A stretch of 64,000 nucleotides of DNA from a virus (Duplodnaviria; Heunggongvirae; Uroviricota; Caudoviricetes): the IMG/VR virus record IMGVR_UViG_3300020451_002055; one strand, written 5' to 3'. Under the pieces are notes generated by a model. That model was not told the origin of the DNA, made no database searches, and saw only the letters and a program-made list of their open reading frames with translations. Shown in pieces: positions 1 through 10,787 of this stretch. Numbering within the stretch: position 1 is the first letter of the stretch; every line of letters starts with the position of its first letter. A program made the position numbers and the translations under genes.

Positions 1-745
1 CGCACTGTTGGTAATCTCTGCCTCGATCTACTTGCATGAGGTTGACTTCTCTCATGTAGTTGGCAATGATTTCGAGGTCTTCCGGAAGCAAAGCGAACTT
101 GTTATCTCGACCCGGAAGAGTCTTGTCAGTAGTGAAATGCTTTTCGATGTATTCGCAACCCATGGTTGCTGCAGCGATAGCATCGAAGTATCCATCGTAG
201 TGGCCGCTATAGCCAACTCTAGGAGTCAAAGATCGAAGACCTTCGATGCGTTGAAGGTTGACCTGATCTGCGGGACAAGGGTAAGAGGAGACGCAATGCA
301 GCAGAACAACATTGCCGTACTCCGCCCATCTGCTTGCTTCTTCGAACTTAGTGGCTCCGGTTGAGATAAGGACGGTATTGAACATATTGATGGCTTCAAG
401 AACAAGCTCTTCGTTCGTGCATTCCGTGCTAGCTATCTTGACCATATCGCCAAGCTCCCGAATCATCGGAAGGTCGGCTTTATTGAAACATGATGTTAGA
501 AAACCAATGTTCGCATCTCTGCAGAAATCTGCAAGCTGATGATGCTGATCTCTATTGATTTGAGCCTTCTCGTATATCTGGCGACGACCGTCGTCGTCCC
601 AAGGTCCGGACTTCAGATTGTCAACGCTCCAAGTCTGAAACTTGGCGTAGTCTGCTCCGGATTGAGCAGCAGCAAATACCATAGACTTAGCCAAATCCAT
701 GTCGCCCATATGATTCCAGCCGATTTCTGCGATTAGCTTAGACAT
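1..745 (-). CDS. neuB: N-acetylneuraminate-synthase (NeuB) family nonulosonate synthase, 3' end outside window
   Basis: Not in the ORF track because no stop lies in the window. Manual translation from ATG 745: MSKLIAEIGWNHMGD...AKFQTW...KIAS...ISTG...LLHCVSSYP...GYSGH...IEKHFTTDKTLPGRDNKFAL, all canonical NeuB motifs. Confidence 0.93.
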   Translation of the reverse strand, partial: MSKLIAEIGWNHMGDMDLAKSMVFAAAQSGADYAKFQTWSVDNLKSGPWDDDGRRQIYEKAQINRDQHHQLADFCRDANIGFLTSCFNKADLPMIRELGDMVKIASTECTNEELVLEAINMFNTVLISTGATKFEEASRWAEYGNVVLLHCVSSYPCPADQVNLQRIEGLRSLTPRVGYSGHYDGYFDAIAAATMGCEYIEKHFTTDKTLPGRDNKFALLPEDLEIIANYMREVNLMQVDRGRDYQQC

Positions 746-1385
746 GTGATCCTTTCTCATTGAACCAAAGGGTATCTTGCCTGAACTTAGAGCAAGATAC
801 GAATCCGATTTCCTCAAGAAGCCCTCTCAGGCTATCTTCGGAAGATTCAATCAAAAGCCACTTGGCTTTGGCTACAGCTTCTTTGCCATGGGCAACAATG
901 ATCTCATCCGCTTCTTCAGCGTCAATTTTGATAAAGTCAGGTTGAACTTTATTTACTTTCGACCAATCATCTAAAACCTTGAAAGAAGCCATGCAAGCAA
1001 GCTTATCTGCTCCGACTCTGTACAGTCCAGTGTTCTGAACATCGTTTCTTTCTTGGGGTATACCCATTTGCAGATCAGCTTCTTCTTTCCAAAAGCCAAA
1101 GTTATGCAGATTGATATCGCAACCATACTTGGTCGCCTTAGATACATGCTTGCTAAGATACTCGAAGTTAGAACCAACAGGTTCAAAAGCGTGTATTACG
1201 GAACCCGGAAATGCTTCAGCAAAGGCCAGAGTATAGATACCCATGTTGGCTCCTATGTCCAATACTGTTTCAACCGAACAGCCTAAACCTGATTCCAGCA
1301 TGTATTCTTTGCAGCCTCGAACAGCCCTATAGTTGGCCTGAACAAGCTTCGGATTGACCATGTAATGATCTGACCACATGCCCAT
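738..1385 (-). CDS. FkbM-family SAM-dependent methyltransferase
   Basis: VLDIGANMG, HAFEP and DFIKIDAE motifs. Confidence 0.88.
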   Translation of the reverse strand: MGMWSDHYMVNPKLVQANYRAVRGCKEYMLESGLGCSVETVLDIGANMGIYTLAFAEAFPGSVIHAFEPVGSNFEYLSKHVSKATKYGCDINLHNFGFWKEEADLQMGIPQERNDVQNTGLYRVGADKLACMASFKVLDDWSKVNKVQPDFIKIDAEEADEIIVAHGKEAVAKAKWLLIESSEDSLRGLLEEIGFVSCSKFRQDTLWFNEKGSHV

Positions 1386-2164
1386 TAGCTTATCTCCTTA
1401 ATGTTTCCGCGTTCATCTACTTCTACAAAGCTTGAGTTTATCAGTTTGTTTCGAATGCCTTTTGGAGATGAACCCTTGGGGTTCTTTGTCTTCCAGCTTT
1501 CCACCCAAGGAGAAGGATGCAACTCTTCTATACTTGGCAATAATATGTCTTCATCCAAAAGCTCATTCAAAATGAACATAGCGTTGTTAGACTGAGTATC
1601 TGAAGGCAGCACGAAAAAGAGAGAATACCCATGAGCTTTGAGTAGATTATTGAAAGCGGCCAAAGAAGCCCCATAGTTTGAAGTACTATCTTTCCGGTAT
1701 TTTGCGTTGTATCTAACCGTGTAAGCCTGATCGTGCCTGAATACAGGATTGAACTCGACAACAATGATGCTAGCTATATATCCTGCTGACAAGACCGCAT
1801 GTAGGACATAAAAGTCCATGCTGTCAATATCGAGAGATAACAGATCAACTCTTTTAGGAGTTTCATACTTCTCCAAAAGAGAAACGATATTGTCCGGAGT
1901 CATCCATTCCTTATGAACAGAAGGGTGAGCGCCTCCCTTGGGGGCTCCGTCCATCTCGGTAGTCTTCCATCCTCGCGAATCTGCTAGGTGCCTGACATTG
2001 CTTCCTCTAATGCCGTTACCGCAACCTATGTCTATCGCAAACTTGTTGTCATCTGATATATAACGAAACACTTGATCTAGTATGCAGTCTTCGTTTGCTT
2101 CTGCGTACCAATTTCCAGAAGAACATGGGGACAAAGTTCTAATCCAGTTGCTATCTGAGTTCAT
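1385..2164 (-). CDS. FkbM-like methyltransferase-fold protein
   Basis: AIDIGCGNG, DLLSLDIDSMD, IVVEFNP, YGASLAA motifs; glycan-cluster context. Confidence 0.65.
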   Translation of the reverse strand: MNSDSNWIRTLSPCSSGNWYAEANEDCILDQVFRYISDDNKFAIDIGCGNGIRGSNVRHLADSRGWKTTEMDGAPKGGAHPSVHKEWMTPDNIVSLLEKYETPKRVDLLSLDIDSMDFYVLHAVLSAGYIASIIVVEFNPVFRHDQAYTVRYNAKYRKDSTSNYGASLAAFNNLLKAHGYSLFFVLPSDTQSNNAMFILNELLDEDILLPSIEELHPSPWVESWKTKNPKGSSPKGIRNKLINSSFVEVDERGNIKEIS

Positions 2165-3114
2165 GAAGGATTCCTATCAAACCATTGGTTTAGCTTATCA
2201 GCGATTCTGCCATACGCCATTTCTTGAGCTTCGATGCTCATTCCTCCGATATGAGGGGTAACAAGGATATTAGCTCCACCATGCATTGCCGCGAGTATTG
2301 GGCTGCCAGCTATATCTCCTTGTTCGTTCGCAAGAACATCAGTTGCATAACCCTTGAGATAGCCCATCTTGAGTGATTGCACCACATCTTCTTCGTCAAC
2401 TATCCCTCCGCGAGATGTATTGATGAGATAGCATCCATCAGACCTGCAGAATAGAGACTCGTCGATCATGTTATGAGTGGCTTCATCATGATGGACATGA
2501 ATGGCAACGATGTCGCATTCTTCAAATATCTCTTCTATCTCGACTTGCTCATATCTAGAGGGAGCAGGAACGAATGGATCGCATATTAGCACTCTCGATC
2601 CAAATGCATTGCAATAGTCTGCGTACATTGAGCCCAGCCTGCCGTATCCGATTACTCCAACCGTCAGCCTGTTCATCTGCCTGCCTACATATGGTTTGTA
2701 ATCCCAACGCCCGTCTCTGACTGATTCTGCAGCATCATTAATGTTGCGAACAATGCTAAGCGTTAGGCCGAAAGCAAGCTCTGCAGTTGAACTGATGTGC
2801 TTGATGGTCTGATAGTCAGTTGTCAGACTGATGATTTCTATGCCAGCTTCTTTGCAGAACGCCTTGTCAATATGGTCGGTCCCGGTAGAGGCAGTTGCTA
2901 TGACCTTGACGGACGAGCCTTCAAGCAATGCTCGGTCAAGCTTGTATGTCTGCTTGTTGGGATTGACGAAAAGAGCAGTAGGCTCTAGTTCGCTGATCAG
3001 AAACTTAGCCTTGTCCATATCCGCATCGGGATAGTTGAACGCCTGAGCTTTCTGCTTTAGCTTTCCGACAACTCCGGGTATATGATCTACAGGCGTCAAG
3101 CAAAGGGTCTTCAT
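2161..3114 (-). CDS. D-isomer-specific 2-hydroxyacid dehydrogenase (SerA-like)
   Basis: TASTGTDHID, GVIGYGRLG (Rossmann), INTSRG, TDV, TPHIGG. Confidence 0.92.
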   Translation of the reverse strand: MKTLCLTPVDHIPGVVGKLKQKAQAFNYPDADMDKAKFLISELEPTALFVNPNKQTYKLDRALLEGSSVKVIATASTGTDHIDKAFCKEAGIEIISLTTDYQTIKHISSTAELAFGLTLSIVRNINDAAESVRDGRWDYKPYVGRQMNRLTVGVIGYGRLGSMYADYCNAFGSRVLICDPFVPAPSRYEQVEIEEIFEECDIVAIHVHHDEATHNMIDESLFCRSDGCYLINTSRGGIVDEEDVVQSLKMGYLKGYATDVLANEQGDIAGSPILAAMHGGANILVTPHIGGMSIEAQEMAYGRIADKLNQWFDRNPS

Positions 3115-3812
3115 TCCATCCCTCTTCTCTGTTCCAATATGGCAGCGGCAACGATGAGATCGAGCGGCTCATCAATGTTCAGCGTTCTTTCTTCGGGCAT
3201 GATGTATGCCAATGATTCTTTATCGTACCTTGACCTAGATGACAGCAAGAAGTCTTTTGTCATTGCATAGATAGAGCCATTTCTAACATAGGCAGCAGGC
3301 GTCAAGTCCTGTCTTCTGGTCTCCGGAATCTCCGGATAGAAGTCATTCATCTTCCCATTGTCCGACAGAAACTTGACTCTAGAGGGGTGGTGATCGTATA
3401 TTCTGACAACAGAAACAGCGGAGTGAGATTCCCTATCATCAAGCATTTCAATCACGCCGTCGATATCCTCTGCTATCTTCAGAGGATTGGTAGCCATGAT
3501 CTCAACAATGTAGTCATAGTCGTCTTGGATGGTCTCGACAGCATGAATCAATGCATCGGCAGAAGTTGCGGTGTCGCTCGCCAAGTCAGAAGGCCTCTCA
3601 ATCGTATCAACAGAAGAAGCCAAGGCGACTCCAATGATATCAGGATCGTCGGTAGAAACAACATATCGATCTATGTAGTTGCTGCCCTTGACAGCATCGA
3701 AGGTATATTCGATAAGCGGGCGACCATCGAGGTCGATAATGTTCTTGCGAGGCACTTTCTTGGAGCCTCCTCTCGCAAGAGTTACAGCTAGAACCTTCTT
3801 GCCATTGATCAT
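3111..3812 (-). CDS. neuA: Acylneuraminate cytidylyltransferase (CMP-nonulosonate synthetase)
   Basis: LARGGSKKVPRKN, VSTDD, RPSDLASD, RRQDL, RNGSIY, NIDEPLD. Confidence 0.92.
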   Translation of the reverse strand: MINGKKVLAVTLARGGSKKVPRKNIIDLDGRPLIEYTFDAVKGSNYIDRYVVSTDDPDIIGVALASSVDTIERPSDLASDTATSADALIHAVETIQDDYDYIVEIMATNPLKIAEDIDGVIEMLDDRESHSAVSVVRIYDHHPSRVKFLSDNGKMNDFYPEIPETRRQDLTPAAYVRNGSIYAMTKDFLLSSRSRYDKESLAYIMPEERTLNIDEPLDLIVAAAILEQRRGME

Positions 3813-4759
3813 GTCATACTTAGCGTGCCCGAGTTTGGATCGTGGTTGTAGAACCGTTCAAGCAGCGTCCCCTTATACCTGCCTACTACCTTGCCGAATG
3901 ATTTGCGGTTGCCCCATTCAAAGCCCCACTTGCGTTTCCATATGTCAAGATGCTCCGCTTGTTCAAAGTAGTAGTTGTTCTCTTTGTTCTTCGTATATTG
4001 AGCGGAGTTGCGAGGAAGACCCATTTCTTGCTTGAGGTCTGGTCTGTGTTCTATGTAGAGATCAGGCAAAGCTACATTGTAGATGTTCTGTTTCAAGAAC
4101 TGAAAGCATACATCGTCCCATCCCAAATGAAATCTCAAGTCTTGGTCTGGTTGTATATTCTCTAGGTAGGATTGAACGTTGACCCCTATTGCGAACCAGG
4201 CCACTGACTCAATAGGAAAAGGCTTGCGATACTGCTTGTTCATACTAACTGCGGGATACAACTTCGGCCTAGCAGAATAGGACGAATACCATGCATAGCC
4301 TTCAAGGGGCGCTCTCGCCATAACTCCAAGCGGTCTGCCGCCTTTCCGCATGACCTTCATATGCTTACCGTGATTCTGAACCGTATCGGTAGCAAGAGCA
4401 TTGAAGCCGATAGTTCCGTATTCATCGAGGTCGCCCGCTTCTATCTTGCCTTTCAGTTTCTCGAAGAAGTCAGATTCAATGGGCCAGCAATCATGCTGAA
4501 ACCATAGCATCCATTTGATTCCTTGCTCCGCGAAATATCTGGCTGCTTGATGGGCGTTGTTCTGAACTCCGGGCACATCGCGATCTAGGTACTTGATGCC
4601 TTGAGCTTCGCAGAATTTTTGGCCGATGGCTCGCTGCTCTTCATCAGAGCCTTCATCAATATTGAGAACCGGGCAACCGCATGAAGACATATGAGGCCAC
4701 CAATGCTTTTCGAAGAAAGCATAGTTGTTCTTACTGACGACGTATACGCCTACGCTCAT
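3809..4759 (-). CDS. Putative GT-A fold (GT2-like) glycosyltransferase
   Basis: NIDEGSD, WFQHDC, WDDVC and WKRKWG motifs; context. Confidence 0.6.
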   Translation of the reverse strand: MSVGVYVVSKNNYAFFEKHWWPHMSSCGCPVLNIDEGSDEEQRAIGQKFCEAQGIKYLDRDVPGVQNNAHQAARYFAEQGIKWMLWFQHDCWPIESDFFEKLKGKIEAGDLDEYGTIGFNALATDTVQNHGKHMKVMRKGGRPLGVMARAPLEGYAWYSSYSARPKLYPAVSMNKQYRKPFPIESVAWFAIGVNVQSYLENIQPDQDLRFHLGWDDVCFQFLKQNIYNVALPDLYIEHRPDLKQEMGLPRNSAQYTKNKENNYYFEQAEHLDIWKRKWGFEWGNRKSFGKVVGRYKGTLLERFYNHDPNSGTLSMT

Positions 4760-5808
4760 TCGGTCTCCGATCGAACGATGTCTTGGATGATCGCCTTGAT
4801 GTCATACTGACGCTGCCAGTTCGGGTAATGGGTCTCGAACTTGCTCGTATCCGATATCCACCAAAGATGGTCTCCAACTCTGTTCTGTTCTTGATAGCTG
4901 TAGTCAAGCTTCTTGCCCGAGAATTCTTCAGCCATGGAGATCGCTTCGAGCATAGAGCAGTTCGAGTATCTGCTGCCTCCAATGTTGTAGACCTCTCCGC
5001 TTCGAGGGTTCTTGTAGAACTCGTAGAAAGCGGTAGCCAAGTCATGAGAATGTATGTTATCTCTGACTTGCTTACCCTTGTATCCGAAGACCGTATACGG
5101 CTTGCCATGAACAACGCATTTGACCAAGTAGGAAAGGAAGCCATGAAGTTCGACGCCGGAATGACATGGACCAGTCAAGCAGCCACCTCTGAAGCAGGCG
5201 GTATTGAGATCGAAGTAGCGACCATACTCTTGAACCATAACATCTGCAGCAACCTTGCTCGCCCCAAAGATGCTGTGGGTTGAGTTGTCAATCGAAAGCG
5301 TTTCATCGAAACCTTGGTAGAACTCGCTTCTCAACGGAGCTTCGTACCTCGTCTCAAGTTCTTCATACTCGAAGATGTTAGGCCTGTCTCCATAGACTTT
5401 GTTGGTTGATGTAAAGATGAAAGAAGCTTCGGGCGAATGTTGCCTGTAAGCTTCGAGCATATTCATTGTTCCTACCGCATTGACGCCGAAGTCCGTATGA
5501 GGCTCTTTGGCTGCCCAATCATGAGAAGGCTGAGCGGCGCAATGAACAACGAGATCAATGTCCGAGTTGAATCTGCTGAAGACTTGATCTATCGCGTCCT
5601 TGTCTCTGATGTCGGCATTCATATGGACATATGAGTCGTAGTCCTGCAATTTCGATACCATGCCATCTGTTGATCCTCGATCCCCAAAGAAGTAAGAACG
5701 CATGTTGTTATCGATACCAACAACTTCAAAGCCTTTGTTCAAGAAGAACAAACAAACCTCTGAACCAACAAGGCCTCCTGATCCTGTAACGATAACTACC
5801 TTAGACAT
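4756..5808 (-). CDS. NAD-dependent epimerase/dehydratase, CDP-tyvelose(paratose) 2-epimerase-like
   Basis: [42 protein letters not shown]. Confidence 0.88.
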   Translation of the reverse strand: MSKVVIVTGSGGLVGSEVCLFFLNKGFEVVGIDNNMRSYFFGDRGSTDGMVSKLQDYDSYVHMNADIRDKDAIDQVFSRFNSDIDLVVHCAAQPSHDWAAKEPHTDFGVNAVGTMNMLEAYRQHSPEASFIFTSTNKVYGDRPNIFEYEELETRYEAPLRSEFYQGFDETLSIDNSTHSIFGASKVAADVMVQEYGRYFDLNTACFRGGCLTGPCHSGVELHGFLSYLVKCVVHGKPYTVFGYKGKQVRDNIHSHDLATAFYEFYKNPRSGEVYNIGGSRYSNCSMLEAISMAEEFSGKKLDYSYQEQNRVGDHLWWISDTSKFETHYPNWQRQYDIKAIIQDIVRSETE

Positions 5809-6481
5809 CTGACACCTCGCTTGCCATTTTAGAAAGAATGGTAATGACTTCCGTAGAAGTCTGACTCCAATCGTTGCTGTTTATACGACCAAGAAGTTCT
5901 ATGTTGTCTTGCAAGCTTTTCATGAGTTGCTGCTTCTGGTCAACCGGGTAAACCTTGCGGCCTTCAAGATTAAGAGAGATCGGAATGCCTTTGGTTTCCG
6001 CTTGGGAAAAGTCCCAATGGTCCGAATGCTCGGTTCTGCGGAAGTCCCAAGGATGGATAGCTGCCAAGCCTGCGTTCTCCATAAATCGAGTCAGGCTAGC
6101 CTCATCAAAGAGCATGTAATGGAAGTTTTGCTCATAGGTCTGTCCTCCCATGAAGGGGCCTATGACCGATGAAATATCTCCGCAAGACTGGTATATCTCG
6201 ATGAGACGCTCTAGGGAAGGAACGGATACTCGCAGCAGTCCTCCGGGCTTGAGAACCCTGACCCATTCGGTCAAGATGGACTGTATATCGCTTCGCTTGA
6301 AATGCTCAAGAACATGAGCCACATATACCATGTCAAAGGTATCATCTTCAAACTGATCGAGAGGGTAAATGTCGCCCTCATGCTGAACGCCCGGAATGTT
6401 CCTGATATCCATGTTCTCGAACGGCTCGGGCAGGATGACGGTCCCGCAGCCCAAGTGTAGATATCGCTTACTCGTACTCAT
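5801..6481 (-). CDS. Class I SAM-dependent methyltransferase (type 11-like)
   Basis: [28 protein letters not shown]. Confidence 0.88.
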   Translation of the reverse strand: MSTSKRYLHLGCGTVILPEPFENMDIRNIPGVQHEGDIYPLDQFEDDTFDMVYVAHVLEHFKRSDIQSILTEWVRVLKPGGLLRVSVPSLERLIEIYQSCGDISSVIGPFMGGQTYEQNFHYMLFDEASLTRFMENAGLAAIHPWDFRRTEHSDHWDFSQAETKGIPISLNLEGRKVYPVDQKQQLMKSLQDNIELLGRINSNDWSQTSTEVITILSKMASEVSDV

Positions 6482-7566
6482 TTTAGTAGCCTCGCAATAG
6501 TTGTCATGTAAGTTTCGGTTGCGTTGAAATCCTCGCCTCCGGACAAGGTATCCCTAATGAACGACAAATCTCTACCTGACTCCTCTTGATCCTGCAGAGT
6601 ATTCGCTATCTTGGTTGAGTCCAAAGGAACCAGTCCTTGGAACCCCTTCAAACTCCCAATCATGCCGTATCCATCTAATACGGCTGTTGGTATGCCTAAC
6701 TGGATAGACTTGAACGCCAAAGTTGATGGAGCAGACACTACATACTTAGAGTCCGCTATAAGTTGATTATCGTCATCTACGTCGTAAATGCATTCTACAT
6801 TTGGGTATTTGCTGAGAGCTTTTCGGAGAGAATCGCATTGCCTGCTCTTCGGAAACCGGCTCTTCTCTTTGACTATGATCTTGCAGCCAGTCTTTTCTGA
6901 AAGCTCTAATACTCCGGACTCGACGAATCTCTCTTCATGAAAGAAGAGGTATCCTGTCTCTTTCTGGTCCTTCTTTCTCGTGTAGTTAGGAATGACCAGT
7001 ATATGCTTTTGATTCAGATCATAAGAAGATAGGTCATCATTGCTAGGAACTCCGCCGGGAAATATCTTGTCGGAAGCTCCCCATTCTCTGCAATCCTTCG
7101 GCCCAAAAACGAACGAGTAGTCGTAGGCCCATCCGATCTGTCTATGGATGTAGCCGTCATACTCTCTATTGCCATGAGGACATGCAACTACAGGTATGTC
7201 GAAATGCTTTGCCCATCTATAGATAGCAGGCGTTCCTCTCGCTACTTTGCAAAGGTTGTCATCAAAGATGATCAGATCATACTTCTTGAAGTCGATACCT
7301 CGACATAGAGCTTTTCCATTCTCGCAGCTTTTAGCTAGCTCTTTGAACGTAGCTCCCTCAAAGACTTGGCCGCAGACCCTTTTGCATAGATCGTAGAATG
7401 GATGCCTTACGTCAACATCGCCCGCCCAAGGAGTGCCCGGACTCATCTGTCCAAGCAGAAGAACATCGCAACCGTATTTCTCGGCAAGGGGTTCAACAAG
7501 GGGGTATACTTTCTCTCCGCATCGATAGATGGTCGCAACTAGAAGTACGCTCACTTCTTCTCCCAA
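6478..7566 (-). CDS. Putative GT-B fold transferase (capsule/nonulosonate-transferase-like)
   Basis: VACPHG and VVSAPSTLAFKSIQLGIPT resemble the C-terminal signature of GT-B enzymes; weak match. Confidence 0.45.
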   Translation of the reverse strand: MGEEVSVLLVATIYRCGEKVYPLVEPLAEKYGCDVLLLGQMSPGTPWAGDVDVRHPFYDLCKRVCGQVFEGATFKELAKSCENGKALCRGIDFKKYDLIIFDDNLCKVARGTPAIYRWAKHFDIPVVACPHGNREYDGYIHRQIGWAYDYSFVFGPKDCREWGASDKIFPGGVPSNDDLSSYDLNQKHILVIPNYTRKKDQKETGYLFFHEERFVESGVLELSEKTGCKIIVKEKSRFPKSRQCDSLRKALSKYPNVECIYDVDDDNQLIADSKYVVSAPSTLAFKSIQLGIPTAVLDGYGMIGSLKGFQGLVPLDSTKIANTLQDQEESGRDLSFIRDTLSGGEDFNATETYMTTIARLLK

Positions 7567-8177
7567 GAGGTAAATCTTGCTTTCGTCTTAGGCCTTTGGA
7601 AATCGCTCTTAGACAGCCAAGGCCTGCCTGTATCCTTGATGATGGGGCGCTTGCCCATGCAGGTTATATTCTTGGGAAATATGCCGTCTACTCGCAACTG
7701 AACTTCAGGATTCAGTTCTTCATTCAACTTGCCCGCAAATCTCTTATACAGAGACTTCCTCCATACGCTAGGGCTCAAGCATAGAGACTTGTAAGGATAC
7801 TTGTAAGCTCGAAAAGCGACCTCAAGAATGTCCGGATCATCGAATCTCTTGAGAACATCATTCATGCCGATAGATCGGAGAAGCTCCCAATCGTCTTCAA
7901 GATGGAATATGTAATCCGAATCGGCTTGAGACCAGAGCCAGTTTACGGCTGCGGTAAAATTGGGCTTATCAGGAGTTCGGTGAACTACATTGCCAAAGAA
8001 GCTCTTGGCGACTTCAAGGGTAGCCTGTTGCTTCTCAGCTTCCGGAACGGGATCGATGTTGATGTATAGGGTGGACTTGGAAAAGTCAATACCCGTTAGG
8101 TTGGAACTGAAAGACTCGTATGTCTTACGGAGTATCTCAGGACGGGAGCATGCTGTTGTAGTGAAAGAGACATTCAT
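7551..8177 (-). CDS. GT-A fold glycosyltransferase
   Basis: TTTACSRP, INIDP, IFHLEDDW (DxD-like). Confidence 0.7.
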   Translation of the reverse strand: MNVSFTTTACSRPEILRKTYESFSSNLTGIDFSKSTLYINIDPVPEAEKQQATLEVAKSFFGNVVHRTPDKPNFTAAVNWLWSQADSDYIFHLEDDWELLRSIGMNDVLKRFDDPDILEVAFRAYKYPYKSLCLSPSVWRKSLYKRFAGKLNEELNPEVQLRVDGIFPKNITCMGKRPIIKDTGRPWLSKSDFQRPKTKARFTSWEKK

Positions 8178-9130
8178 ACCTGTTTGAGTATCCTTTCCTT
8201 GCAGGCAGCTATAGAAAGATGACTGTCGTAATAAGCCCTAGGCTGATACGATTCAAGATTGCCGAGGACTTCTCGAACAGCCTCGAAGAACTCTCCCTTT
8301 GCTGCCATCTTGCCTGTATGGTCATTGATATATCTATCCTTCCATACATGAACAGAGTTCAGGCAGACTATTGGCGTATCGCAAGCCAAAGACTCTGGTA
8401 TGACGCGAGGACAAGAATCATACGAAGTAGAGCAGCAGACTGCTATTTTGGCCTGAGCGTAGTAGGATGGCAAATCTTTGCGAGGCAGACGCTTTCTTGT
8501 AAACGTGACATGAGGGTTATTGTTGACTATGCCCTTTGGAGTATTCCCTACAACTAATGCCTTCAAGTCTTTGGGCAAGTTCTCCAAGAAGAAGTCAAGG
8601 CCCTTCATTCTCGCATGATTTACGGAGAACATAATGTCATACTTGACATCGCCATCTACCGGTCTGAAGATATTTTCTGCCGCGGGCTTGATAAGAAGAT
8701 CGCTCTTGATCTGAGGAAACTTCTTCTTGGCCTCCTCAAGCTGACGCTCCGAGTCAACGAGTATGAGGTTGTAACCTTTGAAGTCAAACTTGGGCAAATA
8801 CCGGACGCCTGCTCCGTAGTATATCTTGAAAGCGTTGGGGTGACGCCTGAGAACCTGATCGTATGGTTTGAAGCCGCCTCTACAGAAAATGATGTCAGGA
8901 TCAAAGTCATGCTTCGTAGAACCGAATGAAGGTATCCATCTCTCTATGAAGTTGTCAGCGAACTTCTTTTTACGGGTTCCGTCCCAATACCATATCTGAC
9001 CGCTACCATCCTTAGCTATCTCGTAAGCTAACTGAGTCCACATATCATCGTTGTCTTCTATCCTGTCAAAGACAATCTCTTGCGGATTTCTGTCTTGAGG
9101 AACTTGCCCTCTCAGGAATAGAAGCTTCAT
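8174..9130 (-). CDS. GT-B (GT4-like) glycosyltransferase
   Basis: RMKGLD, YYAQAKIAV, DSCPRVIPESLACDTP. Confidence 0.78.
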   Translation of the reverse strand: MKLLFLRGQVPQDRNPQEIVFDRIEDNDDMWTQLAYEIAKDGSGQIWYWDGTRKKKFADNFIERWIPSFGSTKHDFDPDIIFCRGGFKPYDQVLRRHPNAFKIYYGAGVRYLPKFDFKGYNLILVDSERQLEEAKKKFPQIKSDLLIKPAAENIFRPVDGDVKYDIMFSVNHARMKGLDFFLENLPKDLKALVVGNTPKGIVNNNPHVTFTRKRLPRKDLPSYYAQAKIAVCCSTSYDSCPRVIPESLACDTPIVCLNSVHVWKDRYINDHTGKMAAKGEFFEAVREVLGNLESYQPRAYYDSHLSIAACKERILKQV

Positions 9131-10047
9131 CTCTTGCCCTCCGAAATCAGATGTTCAATATGAGCCGTCAGTTTTCTCATATTGGTCGGGCGGTCGCCGA
9201 TCTTTTCCTTGATAGTCTTTTCTGCGTTTGACTGAAGCCTGTTTCGTAAAGCTTCATCCTCCATAAGACGCTTTACGTCTGATGCCCCTTGCTTGATGGC
9301 TCTCGCTCTATAGACCATACAGGTCTCATCGTTGATTCCGTAGTCCGCATTGCCGCTTTGGGGGTGATCGGTAAGAACCAGGGCGGCTCCGCATAGGGTA
9401 GCTTCTATAGGAACATTCTGAAGCCCCTCGTTCTCGCTCGCTGATACCCAGACAGCGCATGAGCTATAGAAGTCTCGCAACTCATCGACCTTGCCGGAAC
9501 GGATATCCCGATTGAGCATGCGAGAGGAGTATCCCGCTCTCTTGGCAATGTCTAAACAGTCTTTGGATCGCTTGGATTGCTTGGGGTGAGAAATGCCGCC
9601 GACGACGAGATCGGCAGGCCTTGAACGATACCATTGATCAAAGTCAATGCCTTGATAAATGACCTTGGAATCTGTGCCCCTTCGTTTCAGTTCTTCATGA
9701 ATCCAACTTGAGTTGGTAACTACATTGATCGAAGCATAGGTATCCCATAAGACATGATCCTTGGCTTGCCAAACCTCATGACCTCTTACATACCAGAGTT
9801 TTGTCCTTGCTCCGCGAAACTTCTTTGTCGTCTTGACGCTATGGTAGCCGGTTGCTATCAGAGCATCGCACTCCGGTATCTTGCGAACAAAAGGGATGTC
9901 GGTCTTGAACCATGAAGCTCGATTGGCAGTACCGGATATCAATACCTCATGCCCGAGGTCTCGCAGAGTCTCCGCAGAACGAATGATCGTTCTTGACCCT
10001 CCGTTGTTCCCAAGACCTACATCATGAGCATTGAATACGATCTTCAT
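9127..10047 (-). CDS. GT4-family glycosyltransferase
   Basis: NNGGSR, QGID, SENEGLQNVPIEATLCG. Confidence 0.85.
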   Translation of the reverse strand: MKIVFNAHDVGLGNNGGSRTIIRSAETLRDLGHEVLISGTANRASWFKTDIPFVRKIPECDALIATGYHSVKTTKKFRGARTKLWYVRGHEVWQAKDHVLWDTYASINVVTNSSWIHEELKRRGTDSKVIYQGIDFDQWYRSRPADLVVGGISHPKQSKRSKDCLDIAKRAGYSSRMLNRDIRSGKVDELRDFYSSCAVWVSASENEGLQNVPIEATLCGAALVLTDHPQSGNADYGINDETCMVYRARAIKQGASDVKRLMEDEALRNRLQSNAEKTIKEKIGDRPTNMRKLTAHIEHLISEGKR

Positions 10048-10787
10048 TTCTTCTTGCCTCTGGGTTCAGCCTCTCCTATCGGCACGTTGCGAAGAAACAT
10101 GTGGAAGCGATGCTTGCGTTCGTTTCTGTTCTCAATCCATTCAACTCGGTTCTCAAACTGCTCAGAAAGAGGCACATCATATCTTCTCATTTGCTTGACT
10201 TTGTATGTATGATGAGACCCCTTACGAGGTTCTAGGTTGCCCGATTTGCTATGGCTCTTCCAGAAGTTCTCATGCTGAACTTGAGTTTCTTGTCCCGGGT
10301 CGGCTGCGTGTAGACTGATTATCGAGAAATCTTGCTCCCTATTGAGCTTTCTCTTTTGCATGGCTTTCTCGTAATTCCAATCAATGCGACCCTGCTTAGC
10401 CGCCTTGAAACCTCCTAGCGCTCTAACTCGTTTAGTATCGTAGACCTTGAACGACCAAGGGGTAGCAGAAGACCAATGCTCGAACAGTCTCCATTCCCAA
10501 AGACCAGCCTGCCTTTTCTTCTGTTCCGGAGCATGAAGAAGGCACCAACTCATATACTCAATAGCTCTAGGATGCATAAGGAAATCGTCATCGATCTTGA
10601 CAAAATGCCTGGTCGGACACTTCTCAAGAACCTCATTCATTGCATCAACCAAAGGCCTGTTGTGATACTCGAAGATAGGTAGCGATACGGTCTGTTCTTC
10701 GAAAGACTTGTAAGCCCATTCAAAAGTAGGTCTACCGCCGGTGAAGATGTAGGCAGTCAACGGAATATGAGGGTCAACTTTGTTCAT
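10044..10787 (-). CDS. GT-A-like glycosyltransferase (paralog 1)
   Basis: FVKIDDDFLMHP; similar to the adjacent ORF. Confidence 0.6.
   Translation of the reverse strand: MNKVDPHIPLTAYIFTGGRPTFEWAYKSFEEQTVSLPIFEYHNRPLVDAMNEVLEKCPTRHFVKIDDDFLMHPRAIEYMSWCLLHAPEQKKRQAGLWEWRLFEHWSSATPWSFKVYDTKRVRALGGFKAAKQGRIDWNYEKAMQKRKLNREQDFSIISLHAADPGQETQVQHENFWKSHSKSGNLEPRKGSHHTYKVKQMRRYDVPLSEQFENRVEWIENRNERKHRFHMFLRNVPIGEAEPRGKKK

Noticed and set aside
8-736. Three short plus-strand ORFs at the window start
   Set aside because: The region is occupied by the minus-strand neuB that the track missed.
4756-5808. FGASK instead of YxxxK as a sign of a dead epimerase
   Set aside because: As I recall, this substitution is common in the subfamily, and the rest of the protein is intact.
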